This document shows, piece by piece, positions 43,943 through 53,236 of a DNA stretch of 64,000 bases. The notes under the pieces were generated by a model that saw only the letters and a program-made list of their open reading frames with translations, searched no databases and was not told the DNA's origin. Origin of the DNA: a virus; the IMG/VR virus record IMGVR_UViG_3300022752_000018, positions 32,001 to 96,000 of that record. One strand, 5' to 3'. A program made the position numbers and the translations under genes. Within the stretch, counting starts at the first letter, position 1. The number at the start of each line of letters is the position of its first letter.

Positions 43943-46804
43943 CTAAATTGTACTTTCACCTAATGTTAAACGAGTTATACCTTGTCCTGCATTTAATTTA
44001 ATTCTTACCCAAATTTCATTATTTGTAGCATTTGTACTGTTTACAATCCCAAAACTACAATTATATGTGTTAGTGCCCGTAGCTGAGGGATCCATATTAC
44101 CACCTAAAGCACAGCCATTAGCTAAACTGTTATCAATCCTTAAATCTAGCCATTTATTAAGACTGCTAATAGTTCCACTTGTTATTCCAGTCGCTGAATT
44201 GAACCCTGTACCTGGCATGGCACAAAATATTGCTGCTACTCCATTTGTAGTTGCTTGGGGATCAGTGGTATATGTTATACTAAATTTGCTTACACCCTGT
44301 CTTACAAATCTAAATGTAAAATATTGAGCTATGGAAGAACTTCGACCAAGAAGAGGATCACTTAGATTAGGACCTATTGGTAAGTAGCCTGTTGAATAAT
44401 CTGTTAGATCATGTTTAAGGCTATGAACGCCTGTCCTTACTCCAACAACTACAGCATCAGTTTTCTGCAACATTGAGGTTTGGCTGTTGAAGAATGTACT
44501 TCCTGCTGTAAATATTGGGGTATCCTGATTAGGAGTTCCCAAATCTGGATTTTGACATCTTGCAGCAGGACCACTACCATTACCTATTGGTGAAGTAAAA
44601 CAAATATCAGTTTCATTTAGGAAAGATGTTGAACCAGCTTTGTCAGTTCTATATAATATTTTTTTACCTAAAGGTGGAAAAACACTATCAGCTATACCAT
44701 AACTATTGTGAGCTCTAATTGTTGGCACAGTAGTAGTAGTATTCCACGAACCAAAATTATTAATAATATTGACTGTATACACTGTAGAATTTGGTCCAGT
44801 TCCGTTGGACACTGTCATATCTTCAGGCAAATATGTATAACCCAAATTAGTGTAATTTTTATTTCCTGAACTAGTCCAAGGACCTACAGCTGATGTTGTT
44901 AATATTTGTTCACCTAAATTATTATGATTTGTTAGACCTGGATTCCAATCCAAATCAAAACCAAGTTGATATACAGTATCATCATCATAATGAGGTATAG
45001 TGCTGCTATATGTCAAACTTTCAGTTTTTAAAACAAATGACTCATTAGTAAATACAGGATTAGATGCAACCGTATCATCATAATACCAAATTCCTATATT
45101 TGATTCCTCATCACCTATTGTTGTTTTCTTAAATGTTCCATTCTCTAAAACTATCCCAGTGTGTTCTATTTGAATAGTGTTCCATCCAGGTAAGGCTGAC
45201 GCACTTGCATTAATTTGTATATCAAATACTTCATGAAATCCTGGTGTATCCAAAGGATATGCTAGATTATTACCTATATTCATTGCTACGGATCCATCGA
45301 AGCTATAAAATGAACCAGTGTCGTTAGCAGTTTCAAATCCCACTGTGCCTGTTCTTGGTTCAAGAGGGTTTGGTATAAAATCGCTACCTATAGTACCTGT
45401 TATTTTATTGTATAATTTTAACTTTAAAGTTTTACTAGTAACAGCATCTATATAATAACAAGTTCCATCAGGACCTAAACCACCGAATGTTGTTCCTTGA
45501 TTTGTAATTTGTATTATGTGTCCTGGAACTAGAACACCTAGACTAGGCTGAATATATCCAACTAAACTACTACCAACTGTGGTTGTCTTAAGTACTGATT
45601 TAATAACTTGAGTACTATTGCCGCTGGTTAATCTTTTAGTAATAATAGGAATTGTGTTTAATTTAAGAATTAGATCACCCTTGTTACCTGGACCAGAAGC
45701 AGTTATAATATTTGTAGTAAAGCTATGAGCACGTATGACATAAACAGCAGTACCTTGATTCACAGCAGTTATATTGTTACCATTCAAAGGTTGATCAGCA
45801 GGCACCTGTCGTAAGATTCTTTTTTGGAAATACCCTTCTCCATTATATCCACCTATTATAAATAAATTTTGATTATTTGGAAAATCTGGTGGGGCTAATG
45901 GCACTAGTAAGGTTAATGTTAGATTCAACTGTGCCACTCCATCTGTTAGACTGGTATTTTCTGTCATTTCAACAGCACCGTCTAATATTCCGTATTCTGG
46001 TTCTCCAAGCAAAATATAATTAGCATTATCAGTGGCTATGTCACCTAGCACATTAAGATCTTTATGTACTCTTGTTTTATTAAAACATTCTATTATACCA
46101 TTTCCTTTAGTGCTTAAAGCTAAATGACCATTGTTATTAAGATTAGTAATTTCAGTATAATTTGATGCTACATCAATAGCGTTAAAAACTTTCGCAAGTT
46201 TGGATCCAGAACCTGGTATTGATGTTTGTGTTATTGGAAAAAATATATTACCTGCTTTTATTGGATCACCTAAACGCATGTTGTCCACATAGACTCTGCG
46301 CCAAGATCTTCCATTTGTTATACTACCATCTTCCCCTATATCATATGCTTTAGGAGTATTAGGTATAATGTTACTGTTTATGTCAGCTCTAAAAACAATA
46401 TCATCAGTATCTGAATCACCTAATACTAAACTACCATCAGCGGTGATACTACCATTAGCGTGTAGGTTTCCATCTACTAAAACATTGTTTTTAATTGTAA
46501 TCCTATCATTAGTTGTTCCAGCCTGTAACTCCAAATCACCTAATGTTGTTTTTATTTTATTTTGAGTTATAGTAACCAGATCAGCTGTTAAAAAATCAGT
46601 ATCTATTTCATCAAGAAAAGCCTTACCAGCTACATCTAATACGTGATTTTCTTTTGGATTACTGGTTTTAATACCAATTCTATGGTTATCGGAATCGTCC
46701 TTAGGTACAAACAAATAAAATAAGTCATTCTCGAATCTCAAATTTACTCCATCACGAAGTAAATTCTCCTTCAAGAGCTGACCTGAAATACGACCAATGG
46801 TCAT
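43943..46804 (-). CDS. Putative virion structural protein (953 aa); paralog of 18570-20711
   Basis: MTIGRISGQLLKENLLRDGVNLRFENDL.Y... N-terminus; GDSDTDDIVFRADINSNIIP motif; shared LVP..PP.FP and QYFTF.F.R blocks. Confidence 0.85.
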   Translation of the reverse strand: MTIGRISGQLLKENLLRDGVNLRFENDLFYLFVPKDDSDNHRIGIKTSNPKENHVLDVAGKAFLDEIDTDFLTADLVTITQNKIKTTLGDLELQAGTTNDRITIKNNVLVDGNLHANGSITADGSLVLGDSDTDDIVFRADINSNIIPNTPKAYDIGEDGSITNGRSWRRVYVDNMRLGDPIKAGNIFFPITQTSIPGSGSKLAKVFNAIDVASNYTEITNLNNNGHLALSTKGNGIIECFNKTRVHKDLNVLGDIATDNANYILLGEPEYGILDGAVEMTENTSLTDGVAQLNLTLTLLVPLAPPDFPNNQNLFIIGGYNGEGYFQKRILRQVPADQPLNGNNITAVNQGTAVYVIRAHSFTTNIITASGPGNKGDLILKLNTIPIITKRLTSGNSTQVIKSVLKTTTVGSSLVGYIQPSLGVLVPGHIIQITNQGTTFGGLGPDGTCYYIDAVTSKTLKLKLYNKITGTIGSDFIPNPLEPRTGTVGFETANDTGSFYSFDGSVAMNIGNNLAYPLDTPGFHEVFDIQINASASALPGWNTIQIEHTGIVLENGTFKKTTIGDEESNIGIWYYDDTVASNPVFTNESFVLKTESLTYSSTIPHYDDDTVYQLGFDLDWNPGLTNHNNLGEQILTTSAVGPWTSSGNKNYTNLGYTYLPEDMTVSNGTGPNSTVYTVNIINNFGSWNTTTTVPTIRAHNSYGIADSVFPPLGKKILYRTDKAGSTSFLNETDICFTSPIGNGSGPAARCQNPDLGTPNQDTPIFTAGSTFFNSQTSMLQKTDAVVVGVRTGVHSLKHDLTDYSTGYLPIGPNLSDPLLGRSSSIAQYFTFRFVRQGVSKFSITYTTDPQATTNGVAAIFCAMPGTGFNSATGITSGTISSLNKWLDLRIDNSLANGCALGGNMDPSATGTNTYNCSFGIVNSTNATNNEIWVRIKLNAGQGITRLTLGESTI

Positions 46805-46932
46805 AAACGCTCCCCATAACCCCGTGTTTCACGGTTAACCTTTGTTTGAACTTTCGCTCGCATCCCTTACGGGCTCTTTGCCGGTTTACCACAGTTTGAT
46901 AGACCAAACAACTTCGTTGTCTGTTCAAATAT
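46804..46932 (-). ncRNA. Candidate structured 5' leader RNA upstream of the 953-aa gene
   Basis: GC-rich island in an AT-rich genome. Hairpins by eye: TTTGAAC/GTTCAAA outer stem, ACAAC-GAA-GTTGT, CCC-GTAA-GGG, GAGC-GAAA-GTTC, CCGTG-AAA-CACGG. Confidence 0.45.
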
Positions 46933-46939
46933 TATTTAT
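46933..46939 (-). promoter_or_regulatory. Late-promoter-like box ATAAATA
   Basis: Minus strand GATAAATAAT, directly upstream of the structured leader. Confidence 0.55.
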
Positions 46940-46955
46940 CAAAACTTGAAAAATA

Positions 46956-47588
46956 TTAGTCAAATCCGTGAATTACAAGAATACTTTTACCTATTGGTGG
47001 TGCTTCTGTAAATGCTAGATATTTTCCGTCTGGGTAAGGGCCTCCAGTAGCGTTTACTGGTATACCTGTCCTTTCAATCAACTTATAATTTATAGGTGGT
47101 ATTTGAAAAACATTTTCTACATAAACAAAAATACTGCGTTCTGTAAATGGAGGCTGATTTTGCGGACCTATTAAGGGTCCAAAATACTTTTCCACTCCGT
47201 CTACATAAGTTTGAGTAGGATCAAAATTTGCAAGAGGCGTAGGAATAAAAAATTGATGTACAATATTTGCTGGTTCTTTAGCTCTTAACTGTAACCATCT
47301 TTCTTCACTGTAAATTTCTAAAGCCTGCAAACTGGTATTATAACGTAAAAGACCACTTCTATCATATGGAGCCAAGGGTCTTTCATTTTCAGGAGTGCCA
47401 GCAGTGAATGCTGGGTTGCCTGTTCCAGTGGGAATCCTCAATGCTCTTAATATGCTTACCCCTGATGGTCTTGGTAAAGGAGCCGCTGGATTTGGGATAT
47501 CCATAATAATTTGACCATCTGTTCTATAAGTTAATTCTAAACTATTTGCAGATTGCCTATTCAGTTTGAGTTGACGATAAAATTTCAT
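46956..47588 (-). CDS. Putative structural protein (210 aa)
   Basis: Contains the IPTGT....RP...G.LRYNT...LEIY...W hinge motif common in phage fibre proteins; TAATG-type overlap with the upstream gene. Confidence 0.8.
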   Translation of the reverse strand: MKFYRQLKLNRQSANSLELTYRTDGQIIMDIPNPAAPLPRPSGVSILRALRIPTGTGNPAFTAGTPENERPLAPYDRSGLLRYNTSLQALEIYSEERWLQLRAKEPANIVHQFFIPTPLANFDPTQTYVDGVEKYFGPLIGPQNQPPFTERSIFVYVENVFQIPPINYKLIERTGIPVNATGGPYPDGKYLAFTEAPPIGKSILVIHGFD

Positions 47589-47926
47589 TATGCTACTCTA
47601 ACAATACTTAAAATTACGCTCATATCTGTATTGGTAGCTGCTGCATATATAGCATCACCGTTACCTAAAATTATTTTTTCTGTATCTAGTGCGAATGTAT
47701 CTAATGGACTGATATTTAAATTTTTAAAAATTGTGGTTGTATTTGTTGGTGTTGACCCTACAGGCACTAGATATACTGTTAGGTTGCTGGGATTGCTACT
47801 TAAATTACAAAAAAACATACTAGTAATAGCATAACTGGTACCCGGGTACTTTGAAATAAAATCTCCTCGATTACAATGAAATATCAATGTAGCATTTTGA
47901 CCTATAGCAGCACTTAATAATGCCAT
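47588..47926 (-). CDS. Small beta-rich structural protein (112 aa); paralog of 21907-22245
   Basis: FFCN......LTVYLVP...IFKNLNISPLDTF.....KIILGNGDAIYA; SD AAGGA. Confidence 0.8.
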   Translation of the reverse strand: MALLSAAIGQNATLIFHCNRGDFISKYPGTSYAITSMFFCNLSSNPSNLTVYLVPVGSTPTNTTTIFKNLNISPLDTFALDTEKIILGNGDAIYAAATNTDMSVILSIVRVA

Positions 47927-47935
47927 GACTTATCC

Positions 47936-49051
47936 TTAAAATATTAATCCATAAACTAGAGCTTTAGTAGCACTACAAAGCTCGTCCTGCGTACTTTGAT
48001 TTGAAAAGTACAATCCTGTTCCACCTGCACCCTGATCTTCCCTACTAAAAATTCTATTCTTATTGGATTCTGGTTGTGGATTGGGCTGTAACGGTGATAA
48101 ATGTTCTATACTTATTTGACTCTTTAGTTCTACTACACCTGTGCTAGGGTTTAACACTAAAGGTCCGTTATCTGTTTCAATTATGGAATATCTATAATCA
48201 AAAACACCTTGTGGTTCATGTGTATAAAGTTTCAAATGAGCATTATTAGCTGCTATTGATCTAGAATCTCCAATAAACAAACCATATCTGTTGAAACTAG
48301 CTACTTCAAATATGCTTCTAGTTAAACCCAAGGACCCATTAGGTCCTGGTAATCCTACTCCTATTGTAAAATATATCCCTGTTCTTATATCGCCTGCAAT
48401 GACATCTTCAGCTCTTGATCCAGTTCTTGTGCTATAAAAAACATCATTATCTTCATAATATCTATTATAAGTTTCAATTACAGCAGCACCAGCTTCGGCT
48501 CTAACATAATCTCTGATAAAAGCAACGTTGGGCACATCATTGTCATCACCAATTCTACTTTCATAAGATTCAACACCTGATGATTTTACCTTTATAATAC
48601 CTTCACCAACCTGAAAATGTAAATCACTATTCCTAGTTTGTATATGATTTGTGGCAAGTCCTAATAATTTATTTGATCCCATTTCTTTTAAAATAAAAGT
48701 TCCTCGATTTAAGTCAGCGGAATTAGGAGGATAATAATCTAGTGTATTATCTTCATCGTATAAAAATTGAACCCCAGGTAAAGTACCTCTGCGTATTTCA
48801 ATACCTGCAGATTCTAAAAGGATGCCTTCATGAAGAGATTGAGTTGAAGTTTCATTTTCATTTCTATTAATAACAATGATATTATCTTCAACATTCATCT
48901 CTCTAATGTTTAGCTGAGTTCTTTCACCCTCTACAATTAAATCACCAGTTACTCGTACCTGACCTGCTTCTCCAGTATCTAGTAGAATTTCTTTACCGGC
49001 TTGGGTTATTATCTTATAACCACCTTCTTGAATACGTAAAACTTTTGACAT
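47936..49051 (-). CDS. Putative structural protein (371 aa)
   Basis: V.GDL.VEG..T......VEDNII..N...GIEI.RG motif, similar to the fibre-type segment of the 336-aa protein; tiles with its neighbours. Confidence 0.8.
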   Translation of the reverse strand: MSKVLRIQEGGYKIITQAGKEILLDTGEAGQVRVTGDLIVEGERTQLNIREMNVEDNIIVINRNENETSTQSLHEGILLESAGIEIRRGTLPGVQFLYDEDNTLDYYPPNSADLNRGTFILKEMGSNKLLGLATNHIQTRNSDLHFQVGEGIIKVKSSGVESYESRIGDDNDVPNVAFIRDYVRAEAGAAVIETYNRYYEDNDVFYSTRTGSRAEDVIAGDIRTGIYFTIGVGLPGPNGSLGLTRSIFEVASFNRYGLFIGDSRSIAANNAHLKLYTHEPQGVFDYRYSIIETDNGPLVLNPSTGVVELKSQISIEHLSPLQPNPQPESNKNRIFSREDQGAGGTGLYFSNQSTQDELCSATKALVYGLIF

Positions 49052-49052
49052 T

Positions 49053-49457
49053 TTATAATGGTATCAATACTAGTGTATCACCACTGCTATCTTCATAGTT
49101 GCTTAAAAACCATTTGTAACGATTACCATTAAAATCAGTTGCCAAACGCTTAGTTAACTTGGCTATAGCTATATTTCCAGGTGTTGTACCTTGAGTACTA
49201 CCTAACATAACAATATCACCGTCTGCTACTACACTAGGAGCTAGTACGCCCAATCTCATTGTAGTTCCGTCACGGCTAACAATATATGTTTTTGCTCCAC
49301 GCTGTTTTACTAAAAAATAATCTGAATTTGTAGTACCACTAAATCTGCCACTTATTCTGATTCCTGCACTTGAATCAACAGCAGCTCCTGCAATACTACC
49401 ACCAAACGTGCCAAGCACTTTAACACCGTTTACATCTTTGGTTAATGGACGTCCCAT
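49053..49457 (-). CDS. Hypothetical protein (134 aa, MGRPL...), possible capsid-associated protein
   Basis: Strong SD (TAGGAG), own promoter box and leader, first gene of the post-capsid structural block. Function is inferred from position only. Confidence 0.75.
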   Translation of the reverse strand: MGRPLTKDVNGVKVLGTFGGSIAGAAVDSSAGIRISGRFSGTTNSDYFLVKQRGAKTYIVSRDGTTMRLGVLAPSVVADGDIVMLGSTQGTTPGNIAIAKLTKRLATDFNGNRYKWFLSNYEDSSGDTLVLIPL

Positions 49458-49522
49458 TGTTTTCTCCTATATTGACGTTCTAAGTCTACGCTGCGGGTAC
49501 AGCATAAGTCCTTACGACTAAT
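49458..49522 (-). ncRNA. Candidate structured 5' leader upstream of the 134-aa gene
   Basis: AGTC-GTAAG-GACT and ATGCTG-TACCCG-CAGCGT hairpins between the promoter box and the SD. Confidence 0.4.
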
Positions 49523-49529
49523 TATTTAC
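49523..49529 (-). promoter_or_regulatory. Late-promoter-like box GTAAATA
   Basis: Directly after the TAG of the glycosyltransferase gene. Confidence 0.55.
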
Positions 49530-50207
49530 CTATTTTTTAAATTCTGGATCCTTACCATCTGTATGTTTTATAGTAGAAAGATGCCCTCTTGGACCATATA
49601 TGGCACCACGAATAGGACTGGCTGTCAAGTATTCTTCTAAACCATACTCGTTACCAAAACCTATATAATGAGTGTGCATGGCTGCTTCATCTATCCATCT
49701 CTGTCTATTAATAATATGAGGATTATTACTAACCTGTTTTACCATAGCATAGGGAAAAACGCTACCTTCATAGTCCTCCCAATCAATATCATGGCCAAAA
49801 CTAGCATGTGCATCTGGTTCATTTACGGGCTTTCTATTGAATCTCAAATGTAAAATATTATCTTTACGCATGCCATCTAATATTTGATCTAGGGTATGAG
49901 GTATACGATCAGCATAAAATTCCCAATCATGTTCTAACATAAACAAAAATTCTGCTGTACTTCCTCTTGCTGCCATATGATAACCGTGGCTAAGTCCGCC
50001 TACCTCTGTGTTTACAATAGGGAATAATGTTCTTAATTTTTCAATATATTCTTCACAACGTTCTTTGTTTGGGTTACGATCACACCAAACTGTTACAGGC
50101 ATTTCCTTCTTCCAAGTTTCCTTAAAACTACGATAAGTGTTTTCAATATGCCAAGTATCAGGTGCGTTAACTGTTGAGTTGGTAAAAATATGCAATTCTA
50201 TGTCCAT
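49530..50207 (-). CDS. GT-A fold (family 2-like) glycosyltransferase, ~225 aa
   Basis: Hydrophobic-strand-EHDW motif (FLFMLEHDWEF) at the DxD position, followed by LRFN and SNNPH..H. Start moved to ATG 50207 because the track start (50249) lies inside the terminator and AGGA sits 6 nt upstream of 50207. Confidence 0.6.
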   Translation of the reverse strand: MDIELHIFTNSTVNAPDTWHIENTYRSFKETWKKEMPVTVWCDRNPNKERCEEYIEKLRTLFPIVNTEVGGLSHGYHMAARGSTAEFLFMLEHDWEFYADRIPHTLDQILDGMRKDNILHLRFNRKPVNEPDAHASFGHDIDWEDYEGSVFPYAMVKQVSNNPHIINRQRWIDEAAMHTHYIGFGNEYGLEEYLTASPIRGAIYGPRGHLSTIKHTDGKDPEFKK

Positions 50208-50230
50208 AAACATTCCTAAAAATATGTTTG

Positions 50231-50237
50231 TATTTAA
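50231..50237 (-). promoter_or_regulatory. Possible late-promoter box TTAAATA for the glycosyltransferase
   Basis: Immediately downstream of the capsid terminator on the coding strand. Confidence 0.35.
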
Positions 50238-50238
50238 T

Positions 50239-50266
50239 AAAAAAGGCACCGTAATTGGTGCCTTTT
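50239..50266 (-). terminator. Rho-independent terminator after the major capsid gene
   Basis: Perfect 10-bp inverted repeat AAAAGGCACC-N6-GGTGCCTTTT ending in a 6-U tract, about 25 nt after the gp23 stop. Confidence 0.9.
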
Positions 50267-50290
50267 AAAAACAAATTTCTTAGTTTGAGA

Positions 50291-51472
50291 TTAACTAAAC
50301 TTGACGTTAGGACGATTAATTCCTACCTTGCCTAGATAATCTGCTGCGTTACCAAGAGAACTTGCTGTATTTGTCAACTCTACATAACCATAACGTGTCA
50401 TAAATGATACGACTGGTTCGAAGGTTGATGGATCTAATACAACACCACTGCTCATCAATGGAATGTATGGGCAATAAAATGCTGGGGCATCGCTTTCGCT
50501 ACTTCCCTTGTATCCAACAATGATTGGATCAGCATCACTGGCATATGTGTTAACATATACTTTCATAGCGCCATTCAATGTACCAACAAACTTGGTGTTA
50601 GTTGGTGCTTCAAATGTACCTTCTGTTGTACGAGCAAATGCGCTTGTTGTAGCACTTTGTAGAATAGTCAGTGTTAATGGACTTACTACTGCCCAGTTAG
50701 CAGCACCACGACGTGTGCGTTGAGCAATAATATTAGCAACACGGTTGATTAGAACTGCTAGAGCAGCGTGTTCATCACCAACGAATGTAGCTGTACCACT
50801 TACTGTTGCTTGGTCAAAAGTTACTAGAGCAGTACCTGCCAATGTGCTTAGGCTTTGTAAGATTTCCTGATCGATTTCAGCAGTAATTTCCTGTGCTAGA
50901 GCAGCCATAATTTCTGCTTCGATGTCAATGCCTTGTTGGGCTTGTGCATCTTGTGCAGCCTCAAATGTCCAGCGAGCACTTAACTTACGAGTTTTCGCTT
51001 CAACGGTTTGCTTGAGGATCTGAATGCTCATTCTACGACCAGCCACACCCTCCATGGTCGCTGTACTAGCGGCTTTACCACTAGCAGCACCGGAGTACTG
51101 TTCAGCAATCTTGAATGGGCTTAGTGCCTCTTCACCAGCTACGGTTCCAACTGCTCCATCAGGTCCTGTGCCAACAGAATCGGCATAACGAACTCTTAGA
51201 GTATGGATTTGACCAACTGGTCCAGTTAGTGGTTGTACACCAACCAACTCGTTAGCAATAACGGTTGGCATAACACGACGGATCACTGGAAGAATCACGC
51301 GGTTTAATGTTGCGACGTTGCCAGCAGACGTAGTACCAGCGCTTGCAGTTTCTGCAAGATACTTACGAGTATTCTCTAGAGTTACACCCATCACTGATTT
51401 CTTTGTGCCTTGGAGACCTTCTAGTAGCGCCTCTTTTGTCTCCTGCCAACGCTTTGTTAGTAGTTCAGACAT
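50291..51472 (-). CDS. gp23: Major capsid protein, T4 gp23 family (393 aa)
   Basis: ILPVIRRVMPTVIANELVGVQPLTGPVGQIHTLR, KTRKLSARWTFEAAQD, EITAEIDQEI, GYKG..E.DAPAFYCPYIPL, FMTRYG; SD AAGGAG. Confidence 0.96.
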   Translation of the reverse strand: MSELLTKRWQETKEALLEGLQGTKKSVMGVTLENTRKYLAETASAGTTSAGNVATLNRVILPVIRRVMPTVIANELVGVQPLTGPVGQIHTLRVRYADSVGTGPDGAVGTVAGEEALSPFKIAEQYSGAASGKAASTATMEGVAGRRMSIQILKQTVEAKTRKLSARWTFEAAQDAQAQQGIDIEAEIMAALAQEITAEIDQEILQSLSTLAGTALVTFDQATVSGTATFVGDEHAALAVLINRVANIIAQRTRRGAANWAVVSPLTLTILQSATTSAFARTTEGTFEAPTNTKFVGTLNGAMKVYVNTYASDADPIIVGYKGSSESDAPAFYCPYIPLMSSGVVLDPSTFEPVVSFMTRYGYVELTNTASSLGNAADYLGKVGINRPNVKFS

Positions 51473-51482
51473 TTCTTTCTCC

Positions 51483-52583
51483 TTAATTAAGTCCAGCTAG
51501 GCGACGGATATCAACGATGTTACTATCGGGTTCGCTGCTGTTTGTCTTTTGTGTGGTAACCTTGTTACCGGTAATTTCTTTTGCCTCTACAAGTGCCTGT
51601 CTTTTCTTAGTTAATCCTGTACTACCTTCTATAACTGTTGGTAGATACTTGTTAAAACTTTCTGTTAGTCGTGTTGTTTGAACGCTTTCTAAAAGTTCAC
51701 TCATAATTCCCTTTTGTTCTGCGCCTAGTGGAGCAAGCAACTCATTCATAAGTTCCTTACGCTTGGCAGCTTCTTTTAGACGACGAATTTCCATATCCTT
51801 GCTTTCTATGACTCTCTGTGCTTTAACTGCCACTGTATTAGCCATTGTTATGGCAGAGTCCTTCTTGTTTATAACCTTGAGCAATTTACTTGTTTCTGAT
51901 TTCTCATTTAAGTAGCTATTTTGGTATTCGTTACTAAATGCTTCAAAAATCTTACGACCAAAATCTGCTCTACGGGCTGATTCAATGTCCTCTTTGAGTT
52001 GTATAAGTTCATTGTTTAAACTATTTGTAACAACTTGTTCGACCATTACTGCGGCACGTTTGACAAATTCTTTCTTCATCTTACCTAGCTGTTGACGACC
52101 TTCCTTGATCAACTTGACCTTGGTATTAGCTAGATCTTTCTTATCTGCATAAAATTCAGCAATTTCATTAGCGAGAGCTTCTACTACAAATTCTTCTAGT
52201 TTAAAAAATTTGTTAGCCATAGACTTTTGATCTTCATGCAATTCATGTATTTCCTTAGCAAGACTGCGTGTAATAAATTCTCTTAATACACCACTATCTC
52301 GCTTCATCTTTATTGCATACTTGGCTTTAGCTTCAGCTAGTTGCTTACGATCTTCATTGAACTCTGCTATCTCGGGAGCTAACTGATCAGCGACCATTCT
52401 GTCAATGGCTTCGATCATTACTGTGCGATCATGCTCATAACGCTGAGCAAATTCTTCCCTTAATTGTTGTGTTAATTGTTCTCTATTTTCGGCAACACGA
52501 GCTTCCCATGCTTCCTCAATTTGAGTTCTAAGATCCTCGCTAATCACATTGTTTTCAAATAAGCTCTTTAATACATCCAACAT
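51483..52583 (-). CDS. gp22: Prohead core scaffolding protein, T4 gp22-like (366 aa)
   Basis: Charged coiled-coil protein between protease and capsid gene; FGRKIFEAF..E motif; SD GAGGAG. Confidence 0.85.
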   Translation of the reverse strand: MLDVLKSLFENNVISEDLRTQIEEAWEARVAENREQLTQQLREEFAQRYEHDRTVMIEAIDRMVADQLAPEIAEFNEDRKQLAEAKAKYAIKMKRDSGVLREFITRSLAKEIHELHEDQKSMANKFFKLEEFVVEALANEIAEFYADKKDLANTKVKLIKEGRQQLGKMKKEFVKRAAVMVEQVVTNSLNNELIQLKEDIESARRADFGRKIFEAFSNEYQNSYLNEKSETSKLLKVINKKDSAITMANTVAVKAQRVIESKDMEIRRLKEAAKRKELMNELLAPLGAEQKGIMSELLESVQTTRLTESFNKYLPTVIEGSTGLTKKRQALVEAKEITGNKVTTQKTNSSEPDSNIVDIRRLAGLN

Positions 52584-52599
52584 TGTGATTCTCCTCTTG

Positions 52600-53226
52600 T
52601 TATCGGAGCTTGCCTATTATTCCTAATAGGCTCTCTTTAATGTACTTCTGTGCCTTGGCATCTTTCTTCACTTCCTCCGCTATGCGTAAGGCTCTAAGCC
52701 CACCACGATTATTCATCAAGTGTTCATAGATTGGTGTCGGATAAGCACCTGGCGCACTAGGTTGAGCTACCACATCCACTGTGATAATCTCAAAGTCACT
52801 GACCTTGCCAGTACCATCTCCACTGACATTGCCGGATCCTCTACTACTTACTCCCAACTTTACTCCACTTTCTAACATAGTACGCACTAGGTTACCCATG
52901 GGCGTTGGTAGTATTTTAAACTTTCCATAACCATTTGGACCGTCCATCCACATTTCTGTAATCATGTGGCTGACTCGGTCCAAATTAATTTTTAAATCAT
53001 CTGGATGATCTACTTCACCTAAAACGCTGTATCCTCCGGAAATTTGATCGTTCAAAGTTTTGACAGCTCTTTCGATCTCATCCACAGGATATATTCTCTG
53101 GTTGGCATTTTTGATGCCTCCTTGAATACAAATACCTTTCATATAAAGGTCTTTGCCGTTTTCCCCTTGACTTTCAACTACCACTCTCGCTTGATCGAAA
53201 GTCAAGTTTTCTCTTAAATAGTTCAT
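52600..53226 (-). CDS. gp21: Prohead protease, T4 gp21 family (208 aa)
   Basis: N.NQRIYP, GEVDHP..LKINLDRVSH.I, PTPMG...R.MLESGVKLGVSSRGSG, D.VAQPSAPGA. Confidence 0.95.
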   Translation of the reverse strand: MNYLRENLTFDQARVVVESQGENGKDLYMKGICIQGGIKNANQRIYPVDEIERAVKTLNDQISGGYSVLGEVDHPDDLKINLDRVSHMITEMWMDGPNGYGKFKILPTPMGNLVRTMLESGVKLGVSSRGSGNVSGDGTGKVSDFEIITVDVVAQPSAPGAYPTPIYEHLMNNRGGLRALRIAEEVKKDAKAQKYIKESLLGIIGKLR

Positions 53227-53236
53227 CTAAATGTTT

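Noticed and set aside
46860-46895. c-di-GMP-I (GEMM) riboswitch call from GGTAAACC/GGCAAAG
   Set aside because: The P2 GAAA hairpin and the downstream GGGACGCAAAGC/CUAA elements are not present in the right order. Kept only as an unclassified structured leader.
49467-49505. 12-codon uORF (MLYPQRRLRTSI) in the leader of the 134-aa gene
   Set aside because: No SD, very short, and expected by chance; the hairpins explain the region better.
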